From Chiloscyllium plagiosum (Eukaryota): DNA of 63,855 nt. The number at the start of each line of letters is the position of its first letter. Within the stretch, counting starts at the first letter, position 1. This document shows positions 1 to 13,460 of the stretch, one piece after another. Location of the stretch: NCBI RefSeq assembly GCF_004010195.1, contig NC_057718.1, positions 64,300,744 to 64,364,598 of the forward strand, read 5' to 3'. The translations under genes and the position numbers were made by a program. The notes below the pieces were generated by a model, which did no database searches, was not told the origin of the DNA, and worked only from the letters and a program-made list of their open reading frames with translations.

Positions 1-127
1 AGATAGGAAACAAAAGACTCACAATTAACAAAGGGAGAAAAAAAAACACAGACTGAGGGGTATGGCAGGTGATCAATCATAGCATGAGTCACTCCTCAAC
101 AAACCTAATCAAGTACAGGTAAAAGTG

Positions 128-509
128 AAAGTAGAGGTTTACAAAATTATGAGGGGCATGGATAGGATAAATAGGCAAAGTCTTTTCCCTGGGGTCAGGG
201 AGTCCAGAACCAGAGGGCATAGGTTTAGGGTGAGAGGGGAGAGGGGAAAGATATAAAAGAGATCTAAGGGGCAACATTTTCACGCAGAGGATGGTACGTG
301 TATGGAATGAGCTGCCAGAGGATGTGGTGGAGGCTGGTACAATTGCAACATTTAAGAGGCATTTGGATGGGTATATGAATAGGAAGGGTTTGGAGGGATA
401 TGGGCTGGGTGCTGGCAGGTGGGACTAGATTGGGTTGGGATATCTGTTCAGCATGGACAGGTGGGACCGAAGGGTCCGTTTCCATGCTGTACATCTCTAT
501 GACTCTATA
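128..509 (+). mobile_element. CR1 LINE 3' fragment
   Basis: ORF2 C-terminal remnant (RVWNELPEDVVEAGTIATFKRHLDGYM) and ctctatgactctat tail. Confidence 0.9.
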
Positions 510-868
510 CGTAATCTAGATAGTTATGTTCACTCATCCTTTACACAGCTTGAATAAGGAACCAATAACACTCATTGGAACTTACCATTGCGGTATTTAG
601 CACATACTACTAATATTTTAATTCAATATATAAGGTTTGAAAATATATATTTTTGATTTAAATTATTTTGAAAGCATTTCTAAGTCACAATTCACTTGTA
701 TCTTTTAAACCAAACAATTTCTATTATAAGTACTGTCAGAAATAATTGAGAGACTGAAAGATGACAGAAACTGATGAAAACTTGAAACATTAAGGAGAAA
801 CAGATCTCTCAAGCATAGAACAAAAAGCAGCTGAACAGTACTGTTGTTGTTAAGATGGTAAACACTTA

Positions 869-985
<117 letters not shown>

Positions 986-1261
986 CTACCATTTTATCAG
1001 AAATTATTACAGCTGCAGTAAATCTTGGTGTATGTCTGAAATTCACTAATATTTTAACAAAAGGACTTTCAATATCCATTTGAGAGAAAGTGAAATTATA
1101 TATTTTTAAAAGTGTCATTTTTATTCTTTGCCTTTGATTTTATTTTTACATTTCTATGCATTTGGTTTCTATCCAACAACAAACATTAAGACATTTGGTT
1201 GAAAAAATAATGGCGATTGAATAATACATACCATTACTGATTTGCAATTTATTAGCAACTT

Positions 1262-2030
1262 AGAGGCTTAGAGTTATACAGCACGGAAACATATCCTTCG
1301 GTCCATTCATCCATGCCAACGGATCTAGTTCCATTGGATAATGTTTGGCCCACAACTGTCTAAACCCTTCCTGTTCATGTACTCATCCAGATGCCTTTTA
1401 AATGGTGTAATTGTTCTCACCTCCACCACTTCCCCTGGCAGCTCACTCGATATAGGCACTACCCTCTGTGTTTAAAAACTTGTCCTTTAGGACCCTTCTA
1501 ATTTTTTTCCCCGCTCTCCTTAAACTTATGTCATATAGTTCTGGACTCCCCCACTCTGAGGAAAAGATCGTGGCTATTCACCCTATCCATGCCCCTCATG
1601 ATTTGATAAACCTCCGTAAGTTCCTACGTCCTTTTAATGACAACACTCCAGGGGGCCCTATCATTAACTGTATAAGTCCTGCCCTGATTTACCTTCCCAA
1701 AATGCAACACCTTGCATTTATCTAAATGAAACTGCCACTCCTCAGCCCATCTGATCAAGGCCCATTGTGCTCCGAGATAACCTTCTTCACTGTTCACTAC
1801 ACCACCAATTTTACTGACCATACCTCCTATGTTCACATCCAAATCATTTATATAAAGGACAAAAAACAGTGGAATCAGCACCAATCCTTGTGGCACACTG
1901 TTGGTCACAGGTCTCTAGTCCAAAAAAACCCTTCTCAACCACCATCCTCTGTCTCCTACCTTCAAGCCAACTTTGTACCTAATTGGCTAGCTGCCCCTGT
2001 AATCCATGTATTTTAACATTACTAACTCAT
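1262..2030 (-). mobile_element. CR1 LINE fragments (3' end plus RT piece)
   Basis: Inverted CR1 tail; VPQGLVLIPLFFVLYINDLD RT remnant. Confidence 0.85.
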
Positions 2031-2114
2031 TCCTGGACGCATAATTCTATATATAAATTCCATTTTCAATTAGGTTCCAGCCTGTTACTCACTCCCAGAT
2101 ATCCTTGATTCTAT

Positions 2115-2235
2115 ATGGGGCCCTCTTGTGGCAATGGTAATGTCCCTATCCCATGGACCAGGAGGCTTGGGTTTAATTCTCATCTGTTCCAGAGATGTGT
2201 AACAACATCTCTGAACAGGTTGATTAGAAAAATAA
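2115..2235 (+). mobile_element. Short tRNA-derived SINE-like element
   Basis: A-box-like TGGCAATGGTAA, B-box-like GGTTTAATTC, A-rich end. Confidence 0.45.
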
Positions 2236-2304
2236 AAACATAAGAAACAAAACATACACAATGTGGTGAAGATTAATGTGCAGCCAGAGGATTGAGACGC
2301 CGGG

Positions 2305-2790
2305 ATACCCAGCATGAGCAAAACTAATGTAGTGTACAAAATCCCATGCAAGGACTGCACAAAACACTATATAGGACAAATAGGAAGACAGCTAACGATC
2401 CGCATCCATGAACATCAACTAGCCACGAAACGCCACGACCAGCTATCCTTAGTAGCCACACACGCAGATGACAAGCAACATGAATTCGACTGGGACAACA
2501 CTACTATTATAGGACAAGCCAAACAGAGAACAGCCAGGGAATTCCTAGAAGCATGGCACTCATCCACAAACTCCATCAACAAACACGTCGACCTGGACCC
2601 AATATACCGGCCACTACAGCGGACAGCTGAAACTGACAACCGGAAGCGGCAGGGACAGGCCACTATAAATGCCAGAGGAAACACCACAGAAGCGCTTCAC
2701 AGGAGGCTCCCAAGCACTGAGGATGTCACCTAGACAGGGGACGAAACGTTTGCAACAAAAGTTTCCAGCTTGGCGAACAGAACCACAACA
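2305..2790 (+). mobile_element. Penelope-like element 3' fragment (GIY-YIG endonuclease plus pLTR)
   Basis: NVVYKIPCKDCTKHYIGQIGRQL..RIHEH..REFLEAWHS GIY-YIG frame, followed by a pLTR with a hammerhead motif. Confidence 0.9.
2714..2753 (+). ncRNA. Minimal type I hammerhead ribozyme motif (PLE pLTR)
   Basis: GCA CTGAGGA T GTCACCT-AGAC-AGGGGAC GAAAC GTT TGC: core boxes, stem II and 3-bp stem I; GUU triplet. Confidence 0.7.
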
Positions 2791-2792
2791 CC

Positions 2793-3420
<628 letters not shown>

Positions 3421-4263
3421 TCACAAATTTATGACAGTTTTTGACTGCACATGGAAGAAACCTGTACATAATACCTTTAAAAACAAAATTAAATCTAGTG
3501 CTTGGGCACTAAAGATATCCAAAAAGTTTGAAGCTTGAGAGTTGAATATATTTGGAGTCAGAAGGTTAGAATAAAAGAGAGGGGCACACAAACACTTACT
3601 AGGAACCCAGAATAGGAAATACACAAACAGTTTAAAAAGCAGCTCTATTAGAACGTTTTTGAAATTATATCAGATATAAAATGCTAATTAACTTGGAAAA
3701 ACATTTAGTGTTCACCTCAGATCACCAATATGTTTGAGGGGGCAGGAATGTTAACCCAGAAAATTAAGACTGAATCTCACTTTTTTGTTTTTATTAATGT
3801 ATAAAATCTGAACTGGTTTTTGTGCTACCAATGAAGAAACACAATAGTCACATTTACAAGCACATCAAGGTAAAAATATCAAACTTTTATACACTTGCAA
3901 GCACAAAACAAATAAAATTTACTAAATTTATTCTAGCACTACTGAAGAAAATTCCAGGTGAAATTTGTACAACCCACAGTAAATCTCATATGTGCACTGC
4001 AAACTGAAGGCGCTTCCACTTCAACTACTTTAGGTGTTACAAATAAAAGAAACAAGGTACCTACAAATAAAATTTCAAGTGTGAACACAGCCAGTCATGT
4101 GAATTAAACCAGTATTTATTGTTGCTGCCACAAGTAAATTTGGTGAACTCCTTGTTTAATTAAAATATTTTACGTAGAAGCAAAATATTCAAAGTTTGTG
4201 AGAAGATGTGTAGCTCGGGTGCTCGCTGTTGTGGTTCTGTTTGCCAAGCTGGGAATTTGTGTT

Positions 4264-4303
4264 GCAGACGTTTCGTCCCCTGTCCAGGTGACATCCTCAG
4301 TTC
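4264..4303 (-). ncRNA. Minimal hammerhead ribozyme motif
   Basis: Minus strand GAA CTGAGGA T GTCACCT-GGAC-AGGGGAC GAAAC GTC TGC; GUC triplet, one stem I mismatch. Confidence 0.7.
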
Positions 4304-4422
4304 TTGGGAGCCTCCTGTGAAGCGCTTCTGTGATCTTTCCTCTGGCATTTGTAGTGGTTTGAATCTGTCACTTCCAAATGCCGGAGGAAAGATCATAGAA
4401 GTGCTTCACAGGAGGCTCCCAA

Positions 4423-4462
4423 GCACTGAGGATGTCACCGAGACAGGGGACGAAACTTCTGC
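4423..4462 (+). ncRNA. Minimal hammerhead ribozyme motif
   Basis: GCA CTGAGGA T GTCACCG-AGAC-AGGGGAC GAAAC TTC TGC. Confidence 0.6.
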
Positions 4463-5154
4463 AACTCAAATTCCCAGCTCGGCGAACAGAACCACAACAA
4501 GAAGCAAAGTATGTTCGCCCATTCTTTGCAAACGTACTCTTTGAAACGAAGGCAAGATCAGCTAGATTTATTTTTCTGCAGAACACTCACTCAGCATGGT
4601 ACCCAAGTGAAAGTTGTGGATTTGAATGGATCGTAAAAAGGAAGATAAACTTTCCCAAACTTTACTCCAAATATATTGGAAAATTGGATTTATAAGCAAG
4701 TTTTGTTTTTACTTTCAGTACTTCAAAAACAAATAACAGCACGGTTTCAGAACCAGCAAACTGGAATGTCAATTATTAAACGGAGGAATACCAAGGGAGC
4801 CAGTTTAACTAAATAGAACAGATTTTCAAACATTCCTTCTCTTATGATCTTGTTTCGAGAGATGGATCTCATTCAGATTGGTGGCTTTTTTACAGAATCC
4901 AAGAACTGTATTTTGCAAAGAGGACACAATGGTCACTATTGCCTTCAAACATGTAGGTTGCCTTAAACAGCCAACTGTTTTAAGGATCTTGATAGTCACA
5001 CAATGAGGAGGTGCAACACAAATGTATTTGTTAGAGTTGCTTTTGGTGAAACAGCAAATCAATTATTATACACCACATGCAGCTGTACATGTAAAGTAGG
5101 ACTATAAAGCCTACTTGCAGCAGAGTTTCAAACGTCAAAACATTTTAATTTTTG

Positions 5155-5600
5155 TTACTTAATCATGGGATGTCAGGCATTGCATGCTCATCACTAGTTG
5201 CTCTCAAGAAGGAGGTGGTGTACTGCCCTCTTGAACCAATGAAATCTATTTGGGTGCATGTAGATCTACAATGCAGTTAAGAAAGGAGTTCCAGGATTTT
5301 AACCCATAATCATCGAAATAACATTGAGTCAGGACGTTCATTGGCTTGGAGGGACACTTGCAGGCAGTGGTATCCTCATGATCTAATGTCCCAGTTATTC
5401 TGAAAGCGGTTGTAGGTTTGGAAGTGCTGTTTGTGGACCTCTAGCGAATTTCTGCAATGTAACTTATAGATGTTAGATACTGCTGCTACTGAGCATTGAA
5501 TTTGGAGGCAGTGAATGTTTGTCAATGTGGTACCAAGTGGGCTGCTTTATTTTGAATGGTGTTAAGCAGTCTTCTGTGCTGCTCATCCAGACAAGTTAAA
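5155..5600 (-). mobile_element. Old L2-like LINE 3' remnant
   Basis: Degenerate; shares motifs with segments near 37860-38030 and 44000-44100 and with the SINE tails near 57700 and 61080. Confidence 0.45.
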
Positions 5601-8600
5601 GTGGTACTGTGGCCACTCCATAATAACCTTTCAATTGCAGTTTTCATTCCCATCAAGCTTAACGTCTTTGTAACAATGTGAAATTTAAATTGTCATCTTA
5701 AAACTGTTATACCAGCATAATGCACATTGTTGCATTACTTACCTGATCGGCTCCTGATATTTATCCTAAGGCAGCGTGAAAAAAAGCAAATTGAAGTGAT
5801 TTATGATTTATCCTTTATTATTCATTTAATCATTGTACTTGCTTGTTGAGGTCAGAAATTGAAATTTATCTTTGTAGAAACTTTAAAAAGGCATTTGTGT
5901 AGACAATTTACACATTGACAAGTTTCAATTTTTCACAAAAAGAAAATTCATACTAATTATATAAAACACAGCTGAAAAATGTTATTCAAACTTATTGCAC
6001 AGTACTAAACTTATAGAATCTAAGTATATGCATTTTCTAATTTATTTTTAAACTTGAATGCACCAATTTATTCAGAGTAGCAATCCTCCAGTGTTATACC
6101 CAAATTATCACCATTCTAATATATGCCCAGAAATCAAATGGCAATAAGCATTTGGATCGTACATTATAAGTCTAACATAATCCTCCACACATCGGATTGC
6201 CAAATGTACAACAGTAGTGATTGGTAGGCAATCAGGAGTGGCAACTTGGAATAATGTGCCTCTTTGAGGAGAAAGTGAGGCGGAGGAAAAGGTGGGAGGT
6301 GGGGCCAGTGTAGTTGCGGAAGATGGAATGTGCCTCTTCCTTATCTAGGTGAACCAAGACCAACTGATGTTCCAATCAAGACCAGAAAGCACACACTGGA
6401 AGTCAAACTTGGTCTGTATGGAACAGTCTCCTACTTGATGCATTACCCCATCAGGCCATCCCAGAAGCACTTGATGACAATTCTATAACTAGCAATCATT
6501 AACTCCCACACATGCATTGATACAATGTACCTTCCTGGTTTGAAGTTTTTATAGCATGCATAGTACAGATTCAAATTACTATTAATACTTAAAGCCGAAG
6601 TCACTGAGCATATGCAATCAAAAGCTTCAGACCTTTAAGAATTTAAACTAGAAAACTAGTTACAATTTCTGCACCTGAAGGAAGGAAGGGTACTCATCAA
6701 TCATGACACTAAGCCTTGTAAACGTCAATGACTTTCAGTTATTTCCATTGCATTTTATTTGCTGAACTGCCTGAAAACCATTTTCTGGATTCCACTGTGG
6801 ACACTGCCTTTTCCCAATGATAGTATAATGCAACACAGCAGGGACTCAATCAACAGGCATTACCATTTCTGCATTATGCTGGATTTAGTTTCGCTAATTG
6901 CAAATGGTGATCAAAGCAGAGTGACAAAAAATACATAAGCTAATAACTGTGTATATGTCTACAAAATTGAAACCTGCATCCAAGGTATTACTAAAGTGCT
7001 TTCAAGCCATATTTTCAGTAAGACTTCTTCCTTGGTTGTACTTTTTAAATTTGCAAGGAACCACATTTTGGGCTACAAACTGCAAAATGGAAATTGACCA
7101 CTGATATGTGACTAAAAGTATCAGGACAGATTTTGCAACTTGAAGGTCAAGTTGAATTGTGCTGCACACTTTTCACAATATTGTACCATCTGATGGAGCA
7201 GGGGTAGGTACTATACAGGACATTAGGAATCTTTAAGTCCAGGAGAAACTGCCGTACGGAACTGCTTCTTAGTTTGTAGTTTCAGAGGCCTGTAGGACAG
7301 TTTACCCAGAGGCTTCCAGGAGCCTGCATGTAGAAAAAGTCTCACAGTAAGAGTGAAAAAAAAGACAACATTCAGGAGCTCTAAAAGTAAATCATTCTAA
7401 AACAAGACATGGGCCTATAGAATGGCTGAGTCTAAAACTGACCATTGTTCTGTAGACAACATTGAGTCACCATCATTAAAAAACAAAAGAACAGAGAATG
7501 AATACATCCCACTCTTGTCGTGTGGACTTGAACCAGAGAATTTGTTTACCCTCTCCTTATTTTTCCACTCATAATATTATGTCAAACTCTATTTGTGTTT
7601 GTCTTGTTTGTGAATGAATGTGCTTAATTTGGGTTTTAAAGGGGTATAGCTTGTGTTGCTCAACAGTAAGTTAGGCATTTGCATCCATTTCTGACACTTG
7701 TTAAAGAATATGATTAATTACAATAAATGGAATGACTTTCCAGCTAATGATGAAGCCTGTTGTGAATTACTTTGGTCCTAAAAAACAACCCATTGGACAA
7801 ATTGATTACCTTGGTTTAATTGGGTAGTTACAAATTTGTGACAAATAAAGGAACAGTGTGACTTGATTATTAGGGCACACTTTCCAGATGGGTTGTGACA
7901 CATTCAAGATGAAAACATTCAAGCAAGCATTGGAAAACAGAACAATCTTGTAACTGGTCTGGAAGGACTTGATGAGGGCTGTCAGATGCCACAAACTCCT
8001 GACTGATCCAGTCCAGTGCTCATCAGACACTGACACGTAAATCAGATTAATCTAGTTTGGTTGTTGTTATAGACATAGAGGCTAAAAGGCTTGTTTCTAT
8101 GCTGTATGATTAGGACTGTTTTTGCAATTGCAGCAGCAACACTGAATAGCTATCAGAAGAAAGAACTTTAGACAATTTTTCACTTCCCTATCAGGTCAGC
8201 TGTGTCAAACCTACCAAACCAGTGTAAACCAAGCATCCGGCCCAGAGATCTTTCAATCACTCAGGTAAATTGCTTCATCATTGGTTTGGCTACTATACAA
8301 TTTCTATCAACGATCAGAATGCGTTAATTATCCAATGATAAAGATCTAATTTAAAAGACAAGTCACAACCTGCACAAGTTTAAATAAAAATTGCAGCATA
8401 TTTTAGATGTGGCTCAATTAAAAGCATGTCTACTTTGGCTTCAAGTTCCAATCTAAGCATTGAACAAAAGTCAAAGCAAAGATTCCATTGATGCATGAAA
8501 GACTGCTCAAATGTTAGTGGTGCCAACTTTCAGATGCATCACCGAATTGAATTTCCCTTGCTCTCTCAGGTGGAGGGTCTCACTGGTGCCCGAGCATGTT

Positions 8601-8799
8601 GAATAATTAGGGCTTTAAATTAATTAGATTGCGGGTAGATTTGGAAAAGGGGAAATGTAGGCCAACAAAGCAAGAGGATATGGTAACATGCCAGGGCAGC
8701 TATTGGATATTGATACTCAGAGGGACAGGGAGGGACACACAGAGAGACTGTTTTACAGAGACACAATTATAAGGAGATCAAAACAGTGAACTAAATATT

Positions 8800-9535
8800 C
8801 ATATCATAAGACACAGGAACAGAAATTAGGCTATTCAGCCAATTGAGTCTGCACCGCCATTCTATCATGGCTGGTAAGTTTCTCAACCCCATTTTCCCAC
8901 ATTCACCCTGTAACCTTTGATCTCCCTGACAATCAAGAGCCTATCTCTAATCTTAAATACAAAATGAGCTGGGCTGCACAGCCTTATGTGGCAATTAAAT
9001 CCATAGATTCTTCACCACTCTCAGGCTGAAGAACTTTCTCCTCATTGCCATTCTAAAGGGTCTTCCTTTTGGTTTAGGGCTGTGCTCTCAAGTCCAAGTC
9101 TCTTCTGCTAATGGAAACATCTTCCCAATATTCCCTCTGTACAGGCCGTTCAATATTCTGCAAGTTTGAATTAGATTACCCCTTCATCCTTCTAAACGCC
9201 ATCGAGTATAAACGCAGAGTCCTCAAACATTCCTCATATGTTAAGCCTTTTATTCCTGGGATTATTCTTGTGAACCTCTGGACCCACTCCAGGGCTCAAA
9301 ATTACTCACAATATTCTAAATGTGGTCTGACCAGAGCCTTATAAAGTGTCAGAAGTACATCCCTGTATTTATATTCTCGTCCTCAAAATAAATGCCAACA
9401 CTGTATTTGCCTTCCTAAATATTGACTCAACCTGCAAGTTTACCTGAACAGAATTCTGGACTTGGACTCCAAAGTCTCTTTGCATTTCAGATTTCCGAAT
9501 GTTCTCCTCATTTAGAAAATAGTCTATGCCTCTAT
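8800..9535 (-). mobile_element. CR1 LINE 3' fragment (second subfamily)
   Basis: Inverted ..atcataagacacaggaacagaaattaggc.. tail; RDFGVQVQNS..VESIFRKAN remnant. Confidence 0.8.
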
Positions 9536-9539
9536 TCAG

Positions 9540-11460
9540 GGAAATGAGGCATTTTGAAAGTGCAAACAGGAAGGAAAGAGTGGTGGGTGGTACTGTTGTT
9601 ATGGGGTGAAATAGGTATGATAGCAAGAAAGGATCTTGACGTGGAAGATGTAGAATTCAAATGGATGGAGGTAAAAACCAAAAAGAAGGTAAGTCGGCAC
9701 TGGTAGGAATAGTCTAAAGGGTCCCTAACAGGAGCTATACAGTGAGACAAAGAATAGATCAGGAGATATTGAGGGCACATTCCCAAGGTAGTACCCTAAC
9801 TATGGGTGACTTTAATCTTAATGTAAACTAGGATAATCAAATTGTCAGAGGAGGCCATGGGGACTATATTAGGGACAGTCTCCTAGAAAAATGTGTGGTG
9901 AATCCAATCAGTGATCACGCTATTTTGGATCTGTTGATGTTTAATGAGGCAAATTTCATCCATGATGTCAAAATAAAAGATGCCCTTGGAAACAGTGACC
10001 ACAACATGGTAGAATTTAGTATTCAGTTCAAGATGGAACTTGGGTCAGAAAAAAACTGTGCTGAGTATGAAGGGTAATTACAAAGGAATGATGGTAGAGC
10101 TGGCTAGAATAGACTGGGAAAGGGGTTTAGCAGCAAAGACAGTTGAGGAACAATGGCAAAAAACTTAAGAAAATAGTTCATGGCTCACAGCAAACGCACA
10201 TTCCAGTAGAGAAGGAAAACTTTAGGAAGGGGAGATCCAATTATTGTTAGCCAGGGAAATTAGGATAGCATAAGATTGACAGGAAAAAAAACATACTATT
10301 TGATAAAGAATAATGGTAAGGTAGAGGATTGGAGAAGTTTTAAAAATCACAAGAGCTTGTTTAAATATATGAAACGGGAAAGAGAAGCCAAAGTCCCTTA
10401 GTGAATGAGGCTGGGGAAACAATAATGAGGAGCCAAGAAATGGCAGAGGAGTTGAATCAATAGTTTGCATCAGCCTTCACAGTAGAAGGCACTAACAGCA
10501 TCCAAAAAATACTAAATATTCACAGGACAAAAGAATGAGAGGAAATAAATATAATAATCTCTACAAAAAAGTTGCTAAAGAGACTAATGGGGCTAAAGAC
10601 CAATAAGTCGCTGAACCTGATGGGATGCACCCTAGAACATTGAAGGAAGTAGCTACAGGAATAGTGGATGCACTGATAGTAATTTTCCTGGAATTCTTAC
10701 ATCCTGCAATTGTCAGAGGATTAGAAAATTGCTAGAGTAATACTTGTATTAAAAAGGAAAAGAAACAAAATCATGTCAGGTAAAGGCCAATTATCTTAAT
10801 ATTCATCACTGGGGGAAAATGTTATGGCCTATAATAAAGGATATAACACTACAGCATTTAGAAATATGCAATATGATCAAACAGAATCAACGTGGCTTCA
10901 TTAAGGGGAGATAATGCCTGCCAAATTTACCAGAATTTGTTGAATAGGTAACAAACAGGATAGATAAAAGGTGAAGCAGTGAATGTAATATATTTGGATT
11001 TTCAGAAGGCACTTGATAAGGTATCATGCATTAGGCTATTTAGAAAATAAGAACCCGTGGTACTGGAGGTAATACATTAGAATGTATAGAGAATTGGCTA
11101 CAAGGCAGAGAACTAGAATAAGGAGGGGGGCTTTTTCAGGATGGCAACCTGTAACTGGTGCTAGACCACAATTACTTATAATATACATTAATGACGTGAG
11201 TGAGGAAAAATGAATGTACTATAGCCAACTTTGCAGTTGACACAAAAACAGGTGGGAAGGTAAGGGATGAAGATGACAGAGCCTACACAGGGATTCAGGC
11301 TGGACAAGTGAGTAGGCAAAAACTTGGCAGATGGAATATAATGTGAGAAAATGTCAGGTTATGCACTTTGGCAGGAAGAATACAAGGGGTGAATGTTATT
11401 TAAATGGACAAAGATTGCAGAACACAGGGATCTGGGAGTCCTCATCCATAAATCACATTG
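9540..11460 (+). mobile_element. Degenerate CR1 ORF2 (endonuclease to RT)
   Basis: MGDFN, AILDLLM, LGNSDHNMVEF and IYLDFQKA motifs with many stops and frameshifts. Confidence 0.85.
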
Positions 11461-11984
11461 CTAGCATGCAATTTCAAGAGTTGAACAGCAGTCAATGGTG
11501 ACATCAACGGGTGGTAGGTACAAGGAGTATGGATTTTTCCGCCGAGTGAGTGGTCAACTTTTACTTGAGAAAGTATGTCAATTAATATCAGCAAAGAAAA
11601 ACTTTTAGAAATCTTTGAGGGAGAAAATTTTGACAAATTCCAGGACCCAATGATCTATACCCTATTGTTCTAAAAGATACAAGATCTTATTATCTTTGCA
11701 GCCATGATGTTTTATAATTATTTAGGTACAGAAAGAGTTCAATTAGATTGGCAAACCTGACAGTGCCTTTCAAGAAAGGAGGGAGAGAGAAAACAGAAAA
11801 CTAAGGGTCAGTTATCCTAACATCTGATGTTATTAAAATGCTGGAATTCATCATTAAGGAAGTCTTAACAATGCACTTGAAGTATAGTTTGATTAGACGC
11901 ACAAGCATGGTTTTACAAAAGCCTATTTAACAAATGTATTAGTTTGAGGATGAAACTTATAGGGCGAAGAAAGGGGAATAGCGT

Positions 11985-12487
11985 ATTTGGTCTCCTTCCT
12001 ATCAGAAAGATGTTGTAAAACTTGAAAGGGTTCAGAAAAGATTTGAGCGATAGGGAGAGGCTGAACAGGCTGGGGTTGTTTTCCCTGGAGCGTCGGAGGC
12101 GGAGGGATGACCGTACAGAGGTTTTGCAAAATTATGTGGGGCATGGATAGGGTAAATAGACAAAGTCTTTTCCCTGGGGTCGGGGAGTCCAGAACTAGAG
12201 GGCATAGGTTTAGGGTGAGAGGGGAAAGATATAAAAGAGACCTAAGGGGCAACTTGTTCACACAGAAGGTGGTACTTGTATGGAATGAGCTGCCAGAGGA
12301 AGTGGTGGAGGTTGGTACAATTGCAACATTTAAGAGGCATTTGGATGGGTATATGAATAGGAAGAGTTTGGAGGGATATGGGCTGGGTGCTGACAGGTGG
12401 GACTAGATTGGGTTGGGATATCTGTTCGGCATGGACAGGTTGGACCGAAGGGTCCGTTTCCATGCTGTACATCTTTATGACTCTATG
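11985..12487 (+). mobile_element. CR1 LINE 3' fragment
   Basis: ORF2 C-terminus and tatgactctatg tail. Confidence 0.9.
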
Positions 12488-12739
12488 TACCATGCTTGGA
12501 ATTCCAAAAGGGATTTAGTAAGGTGCCATACAAAAGGTAACAAATACTGGAAGAAGCCATGTAACCCATTGAGCCTTTCCCACCATGCAATATGATCTTG
12601 GCCGACTGAACAATTCACTTCATTCTAATAAAGCAACTGGTAATCAGAAATCTATCAATCCCTACCTCAAACATAGTCAAAGACTGAACGTTAAAGCCCT
12701 CAGTGGTACAAAATTGCAAACATTCATAAATCTGAATAG

Positions 12740-12832
12740 GGGTGACACAGTGGTCCAGCTGGGACGCCTTTTGGAGGGTCAGTGCAGATTCGATGCTGAA
12801 ATGGCCTCCAGCTATATTATAGGGATTCTATG
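12740..12832 (+). mobile_element. Internally deleted HE1-like SINE
   Basis: SINE head ggggtgacacagtggt joined directly to the SINE 3' region and gattctatga tail. Confidence 0.45.
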
Positions 12833-13274
12833 AAAATAATCTTAGATTTCTAAGTGGCATCCTCTGCAACTGCCATTTCTTTAATTATATTTTCCCAATC
12901 TACCTTAACCAATTTGTGCTTCACGCCTTCATAATTTTTCTCATTCAATGTATACGTAACACTCTTAATTTAGAATGAAATACTCACTTTCAACCATAAT
13001 GTAAAATTCTATGACAAGATAGAAATGTTCGACACAAGAAATCAGTTGTGGGAATTATGTACAGGCTGCTAACAATAGAGAGTGGAGCATATAGGAAGAA
13101 ATAATGAATACCTGTCAGAAAGACATGATAATAATCATGGGAGGTTTTAATATTGATTGGAAAGTAAGTTAGCCAAAGTTAGCTTAGATGGGTTTGTGGA
13201 ATGTAGTAGCATAGTTTCTTAGAATGTCCTGTTCTGGAGCTGACCAGTGAGCCGGTTATAAAGACCAGTCCTGA

Positions 13275-13460
13275 AGTGGTGGAGGTTGGTAGAATGACAA
13301 CATTTAAAAGTCATCTGGATGGGGATATGAATAGGAAGGATTTACAGGAATGTGGGCCAACTGCTGCCAAATGGGACTAGATTAGGTTGGGATATCTGGT
13401 CGGTGTGGACGAGTAGGACCGAAGGATCTGTTTCTGTGCTGTACACCTCTATGACTCTAA
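13275..13460 (+). mobile_element. CR1 LINE 3' tip
   Basis: FKSHLDGDM.. and ctctatgactct tail. Confidence 0.85.

Larger units (their letters stand above)
4189..4499. mobile_element. Fold-back PLE pLTR pair (non-autonomous)
   Basis: Minus pLTR arm then plus pLTR arm, inverted repeats of about 125 bp; flanked by agaagcaaa(a/g)tat (4176-4188 / 4500-4512). Confidence 0.85.
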
